DNA of 54,090 nt from Asterionella formosa (lineage: Eukaryota): contig NKIB01013649.1 of assembly GCA_002256025.1 (NCBI GenBank), positions 1-54,090 of the forward strand, given 5' to 3'. Positions 48,202 to 54,090 of this stretch are shown here, piece after piece. The position numbers and the translations under genes were made by a program. A model generated the notes under the pieces. That model did no database searches. It was not told the DNA's origin and saw nothing but the letters and a program-made list of their open reading frames with translations. Every line of letters begins with the position of its first letter. The stretch's first letter is position 1.

Positions 48202-50890
48202 GACAATAACGATGTACAGGAGTCAAGGTAAACGGGCCGCTGATGCTTTTCAAATCAAGGAATGAAAAAATAATAAAAGAGAAAAGTCTGATATTATTTT
48301 TGGTGCGCCAAGATTAAAAAGGGAGTTGGTCTCTTAGATCATACAGAAATGTTAATTTATCAGTCACTACCTATGTTATTTTCTGAGTAATTCGGCATTA
48401 TATCATAATAATGCACTTCAAATGTTTTCAATCATGTTCAAATACCTACCGGTAGTTTTGATCAATACTATAGCCAAACTTGAAAGAACAATACCAACAG
48501 GAACATAGACAAAATGTATGGTACCCCCTGGTACCAGGGTAGTTCCCGCTTGGATAATGGCGTACGAGGTCCTGTTACTGTACTCTACTGAGCATCATGT
48601 AAGTTCCAGTATTCCTCCATCATGTAAGAACCAGGTACCAGTAAAATTTGACGGTATGTATATGTACCTATGATACATGGTTTCCACTGTCCACTATATA
48701 GGATATGATAAATGGAAGTATATCGGGTACCATATTCGAATTCCTGTTATATTTTATCTAGTAATCATACGTACTGGTAGGGTATTAAAAGTTCCTTCGA
48801 AAAGTTACTAGACATACAGAGATGTATGTTATGCACAGCCACTTTTTGAAGAAGAGGAAATGTTGAGATATTGTTAAAAAGTTCATGCCGGTTATGCATT
48901 CTATTCCACATAAAAAACTGATGAGGGAATGGTGATAGAGAGCCTTCTACCGGTATCAAACCAACCAGTGAGAAGAGGTAAGTTATATGATTGTTTTGAT
49001 TCTCAACTGTGGCAACAAAGGGGCTTATGATTGGTACCGTGTGAGACCGGAAGCAAACTATAAATTGTATCGCTGTTCGTGTTCGCTGCTGCCACTCAAA
49101 GTTTCTATACTTCCTCAGGACGAACGATAAAAATCAACCTAATTACGAGGTAAGAAACCGCACTTAATATCTTTGTGCACAATGCTGCAGAGGCTTTGTG
49201 GTGTCTGTGTCCATTACTTAGGATTTCGACATTAATAACATCTTTCCCTTCCATATATGCAGATATGAGGGTTAACAACGCTACCCTGTGACCCATCAAT
49301 CAACAGTGCATAGGTAAGTTACTATACTCTCATTTGATGCTCGTTATGTCTATTAGAACGTGAAGTGCGTTATATAGATTGTTTATGTCATCAGTTTGTG
49401 GCATATGTGTGGCTGGAGATGCTTTAATCGTTGCAACACTTTTGCTAACATTGATATTATCTCCTTAAAATCATACAGGAACCTTGGAGAATGTGGCTTG
49501 CTACCATTCTTAATGGAAGCAACAATCAACCATGAGAGCACAGGTAAGTAATATGCACATTGCCTGCTCATACGGAAATTGGAGTGATGGATTGTTCATG
49601 TGATAGTTTCGTTGCACATATCTATGTTTAGATGCCTGCCTTACTTGATGCAACAGGTTTGCTAACATTGTTGTTATTATCTCTTACAGGAAAGTCGTAC
49701 AAGAACATTGGAGAATATGAATTGCTGCCATTCGCAATGGTAGAGGTTCGAATAAAGCATCATCAATTTCGTTTACTCTCTCATTTCATTTTGAAAAGGC
49801 AACGATCTAAACATAGCTACCGGAAGAGAAAATTATGGTATTGAAGACCACTGTGTGCTCATTCTGATAGAGAATGCACAGTGGAAAAAAGGGTTACCAG
49901 AAGTAGAATATTTTAGCATTAAATAGCAATCCATTTAATTCGATTTGTGTTCATTGATCGAACATGATAATAGATTTGATCAATGAGAGAAATTAGTTAG
50001 ATCAGTTGTAATGAACGTTAGATCGAAAGCTAAAAATTCTATTTGATATTAGCATTCCAAAGGTTAGATCGAATCAATAACTGATTTGATCTCACCATCA
50101 CTATCTTTAGATCGAACACCAAAACGTTGGTTGATAATAAGAGTGAGAGTGCTGTATTGATCATAAGCATATCGTATGATCTATTAATTTGACACAAATT
50201 GATATATATAGCTATGATGAGTCGTGTATAATAAATGTGCTTTGTTATTAATGTTACAAATGCAATCGATTACATAGTATTACATAATATCAATATGATC
50301 TATGCTAATTATACATTAGGTCAATGCAACATTATTAATCAATCAATCAATCAGTTTTTTGTATGATCAATCAAAAAATGGTACGTCATACTGAGAATTT
50401 TTGGGGCAGTGGGTCTTACAGCAAAACTGTTAGGCCTAACAGTTTTTTAATTTATAGACGTAGCTATGTATGATGCATACTGATATTGCCATAACAGCAG
50501 TGCACTTCTGTACATTCATACCGGTAGAGAAATGCATTTAAACTAGGAGATTTCTGGAATAAGGAGTCTTGAAACTCAAAATTGCGATTGGGGGGAAAAC
50601 TCCCCAATCCAAAACCGCCAATCGAAAGAACCCTAATCCAAAACCCCCTAATCGTAGCAAGGTTTGGAAACTGGTTTTTTCAGAAAATGATTTTGATAAT
50701 AATGGAATTTATTGGCCCGCGCGAAATCGTTAGAATTTTCTAAATGTCTAAGTTATATTACCGTGGAATCGAATATGAGTGTTTGCCGGCTCCGCATTCC
50801 ATTTTCGGCAAAATGACCGCAACTTGCTGGGACAGAGTATTCCGTATCTAATCATTCGAACCCTGGTACCAGTTAAAAAAAACAGTTAAA

Positions 50891-51099
50891 AACTGTAAGC
50901 CACCGTTATTTTACTCCATCTTCCGACTGAAGATATTTAAGTAATTTATCAATCGAAACCTGATGCAAGTACGAAGTGTATGCTACATGATGCACTCTAT
51001 TGAACGAAAAAGTAATCAGTTTCGATTCAGTGTATAAAGCCATGAAGATCTAATTTTTTCTAAGTCATCAAGATTGTTGCATAGCGGTGGCTTACAGTT
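50891..51099. mobile_element. Small MITE (~210 bp)
   Basis: 19-bp TIRs with one mismatch: AACTGTAAGCCACCGTTAT / ATAGCGGTGGCTTACAGTT. Confidence 0.7.
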
Positions 51100-51211
51100 C
51101 ATATTTTTCTATCCATACATGAGTATATTTTTCCCCCAAACCGTAATTATTTTTACTCGGTTTATACTACAGAAATTCTTTTCGTATTACTTCACCTGTT
51201 AGGCGCGATAT

Positions 51212-51770
51212 AATATATAATATACCAGTAATACACCTTACTGGTACATATGATTTTTGATACCAGTACTCGTTGTCACACCATGCTCAATGCATTGTTC
51301 TGGGTTTCAAAAAAGCAGTCGTTATCCATTTGAACAGTGGATAATGACAAATATTTAACACACTGGGAGTTGATGGAAACTCAGAAGTTAGAAAAGTCAT
51401 GCACAAAAACGGTGTTTTATCTAAAATCGACCTCGCATCACGTTTTCCCAAAGACCGCAAAAGAATGCGAAGTTCACAAAAGACCGCAGAAAAACGTCGT
51501 ATATCCGGGTTTTCCCATTCTTTTGCGGCCTTTTGAGGCTTTTGCGAACTTATGCGAAGTTTTGCGGTCTTTTCCAAACTTCGCATTCTTTTGCGGTCTT
51601 TTCGTTCGATCTCCGTCATTGTGTTAATTATTTGTCATTTATGCATATCCACTGGTCAAATGGATTGTGACTGCTTTTTTGAAACCAATAACGATGCATT
51701 GAGCATGGTGTGACAACGAGAATCAAAAATAATATGTATCAGTAATGTGTATTACCGGTATATTTTATTA
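51212..51770. mobile_element. Foldback-like MITE with ~150-bp inverted arms
   Basis: 51212-51361 is the reverse complement of 51621-51770 (e.g. CTCGTTGTCACACCATGCTCAATGCAT). The interior is homologous to 52303-52505. Confidence 0.8.
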
Positions 51771-52055
51771 TGTTCATGGTTTTCTATCTACACAAAATCG
51801 AGCAAACTCAGGAATCAGTACATACCAGGTAGTAGGGGATACGTTCGGTTCTGAAACTACCGGTATGTTATCATCAGCATACCGGCACGTGAAGTTACAT
51901 CAAGGTGCCGATATGTACCCTGATCGTAACAGGTACCAGGTACCTTGTACCACTGGTACCTGCTACCGGGTAGCTACTGGTAGAGGGTTGAATGATAGAA
52001 ACGAAATACCGGGACTCCACCTGGTAGCAGGTAATCCGTACCAGGTATCGGTATA

Positions 52056-52543
52056 CCGTGTGATGAGCAATGTTATTGCCCGTGGATGTTTAATGCCTGA
52101 TCAGAGCTCAAAATCGATTCGACGAAATGGTAGTCGCGCGTACTTTTCAAGAAGTACGCGAACTTCGCAAAAGAACGCGAACTTCGCAGAATACCGCGCG
52201 ACTAGAATTTTGCAAGATCTTTGAAAAAAAGGGAGGTCTGTGCACGATACACAAAAGGAATTTTCCACGTAGCGAGGAAGTACGGAGTTTCCCGTACCTC
52301 CCTGACGGAGATCGAACGAAAAGACCGCAAAAGAACGCGAAGTTTGCAAAAGAGCGGCTAAACCCGGATATACGACGTTTTTCAACGGTCTTTTGCGAAC
52401 TTCGCGTTCTTTGCGGTCCTTTGGGAAAACGTGATGCGAAGTCGAAAGCAACGTTTTTGTATTTTGTGACTTTTCGTAGTTCGGAGTTTCCGTCAACTCC
52501 CAGTTACGAAATATTCTATGTACCTGGAGTACCCCGTACATGG
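52056..52543 (+). mobile_element. TA-flanked MITE built from two diverged ~200-bp modules
   Basis: Starts TA|CCGTGTGATGAGCAATG. Both modules contain GAACGCGAA repeats and end CGGAGTTTCC..CTCCC (~52283, ~52482). Right end uncertain. Confidence 0.65.
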
Positions 52544-53559
52544 TAAAATTGAAGTTTTGAAAATCTAATCATATAAAGGCACAGCATCAATATTCAATTT
52601 CAAGGCATTTCACATCATGTATCTCCTATGGCACAGCCTTCGAAAAGGTTCAAGATCACTTCCCTTCATAAACAGTACTGTATCATTGTAGAATAATGAA
52701 TGCCTGTAATTGTAATGATTGAAGCGAAAATGAATTATACTTACTGCAACTTGCTTTCTGCATGCTTTGTTCTCCTCTTTGATTGGGTGGGCAATGTCAT
52801 ATTTGAATCCTTACAAATGAGCAAATCACTCTTGTGAATGATCCCGCTATATCGCCGAAATCAAGTTTGGCTGGCATGATTTTATAAGACCGGAATACTT
52901 CAGCCAATCTGGAGCAGGTGAGTGAATTCAATTTAACCAATCAGAATATGTGAAGTGATGTGGCAACTTACCCTGGAGTCTTTTCGGACTGAGAAATATG
53001 CAACAAAACATATGTACACAAGACTCTAAGTGTATGAGAACGTTTTTTGCATATACAAATTCTGATTCCAATATTTTGGCAACTGTTGAAAAAGCTAATT
53101 GGGTCACCTTTATAGAGGAGGATTGCTCTACATCTGTGGGGTCTTATGCAGCAAGATAAAAAAGATAACTTTGTACCCTTTCACCTCAGGAGTTAACTTC
53201 TGGAAAGAAACTGCAGTTATCCTGTTTAATGGATTTTTTTAAGCTTTGTAGCCACTTTTTAGACTATCTTTGCAATAGTTATGAATCTACTTTACATAAA
53301 TTCAGTTTCTTTTCAGAAATGAGGTCCTTACCATATCCAAAGAAAGAACATTTCCCTAAGTTGAAAAATGATTGTATCTATGCAAAGTGGATGTGTTAGT
53401 GAAAGCTGATTCTAGCTTTAACTATTTTATTTACTTGTACATAATGTGTGGATAAAGGTACATCCAAAAACTTATTGGGAAATAACAGACCTTGCAATGT
53501 CTAATTGCAAGGCTGCAACCTTAAATTAATGGTGAAAGACGAGGTTGAACTGAAGATGA

Positions 53560-54090
53560 GACTGGTGGTTGTACTGGTAGTGTGACTGGTGGTTGTACTG
53601 GCGGTGTCCTTGCTGGTTGTACTGGCGGTGTCAGTGGTGGTTGTACCGGTGGTGTCCTTGGAGGTTGTACTGGTGGTGTCCTTGGTGGTTGTACTGGTGG
53701 TGTCCTTGGTGGTTGTACTGGTGGTGTAAGTGGTGGCTGTACTGGTGGTGTCAGTGGTGGCTGTATTGGTGGTGTCAGTGGTGGCTGTATTGGTGGTGTC
53801 AGTGGTGGTTGTACTGGTGGTGTGATTGGTTCTTGTACTGGTGGTGTGACTGGTTCTTGTACTGGTGGTGTCAGTGGTGGTTGTACTGGTGGTGTTAGTG
53901 GTGGTTGTACTGGTGGTGTCAGTGGTGGTTGCACTGGTGGTGTCAGTGGTGGTTGTACTGTTGGTGTGAGTGGTGGTTGTACTGGTGGTGTGATTGGTGG
54001 TTGTACTGGTGGTGTCAGTGGTGGTTGTACTGGTGGTGTCAGTGGTGGCTGTATTGGTGGTGTCAGTGGTGGCTGTATTGGTGGTGTCAG
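53560..54090 (-). repeat. 24-bp minisatellite encoding (QPPLTPPV)n, running off the window edge
   Basis: About 22 units of GGTGGTTGTACTGGTGGTGTCAGT. The minus frame is open to the stop at 53521; likely the Pro/Thr-rich stalk of a secreted protein or pseudogene. Confidence 0.9.

Larger units (their letters stand above)
42817..50831 (-). mobile_element. ~8 kb CMC/EnSpm-(Plavaka)-like DNA transposon, decayed
   Basis: Inward-facing imperfect TIRs CCTGCAAGTTGCGGTAAAATTGCCGAAA (42817) and TTTCGGCAAAATGACCGCAACTTGCTGGG (ends 50831). Subterminal CCCCAATCCAAAA-type arrays near both ends (43017-43070, 50587-50655). Internal relic ORFs. No clear TSD. Confidence 0.65.

Noticed and set aside
49410..49745. 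Diverged ~220-bp-period duplication (also a ~94-bp one at 3216-3375)
   Set aside because: Real but ordinary internal TE duplications with no added structure.
51287..52546. ORFs of 96-159 aa in the MITE region
   Set aside because: Overlap on both strands within repeats and are not frame-conserved between module copies.
53593..53898. W/C-rich ORF (WWCQWWLY)n
   Set aside because: Alternative-frame translation of the 24-bp minisatellite.
53560..54090. CRISPR-like array
   Set aside because: Head-to-tail repeats without unique spacers, no cas genes, eukaryotic context.

Overview
Eukaryotic nuclear DNA, most likely from a diatom (stramenopile). Support: short GT-AG introns, a bipartite plastid-targeting-like N-terminus, and diatom-type gene and transposon families. 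Apparently intact genes: a SufE-MnmA fusion (tRNA 2-thiouridylase), a GT92-like glycosyltransferase, a spliced Orai-like membrane protein, a DUF4116-type repeat protein, two tandem 326-aa secreted paralogs with a bacterial-looking core, a coiled-coil protein, an SDR, ITPK1, a 4-TM protein and a CCA-adding enzyme. Both ends of the window (about 1-7 kb and 39-54 kb) are mostly decayed transposons. These include a TA-flanked Tc1/mariner-type family present three times, a Harbinger-type MITE with TSD, an ~8 kb CMC/Plavaka-like element containing a dead CryptonS-type tyrosine recombinase, LINE and piggyBac-like scraps, and modular MITEs. Best novelty candidates: the SufE-MnmA fusion, a ~290-nt tRNA-headed structured element with a possible HDV-like ribozyme fold, and the loop-diversified secreted paralogs. 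All family calls come from reading motifs by eye; no searches or folding programs were run.
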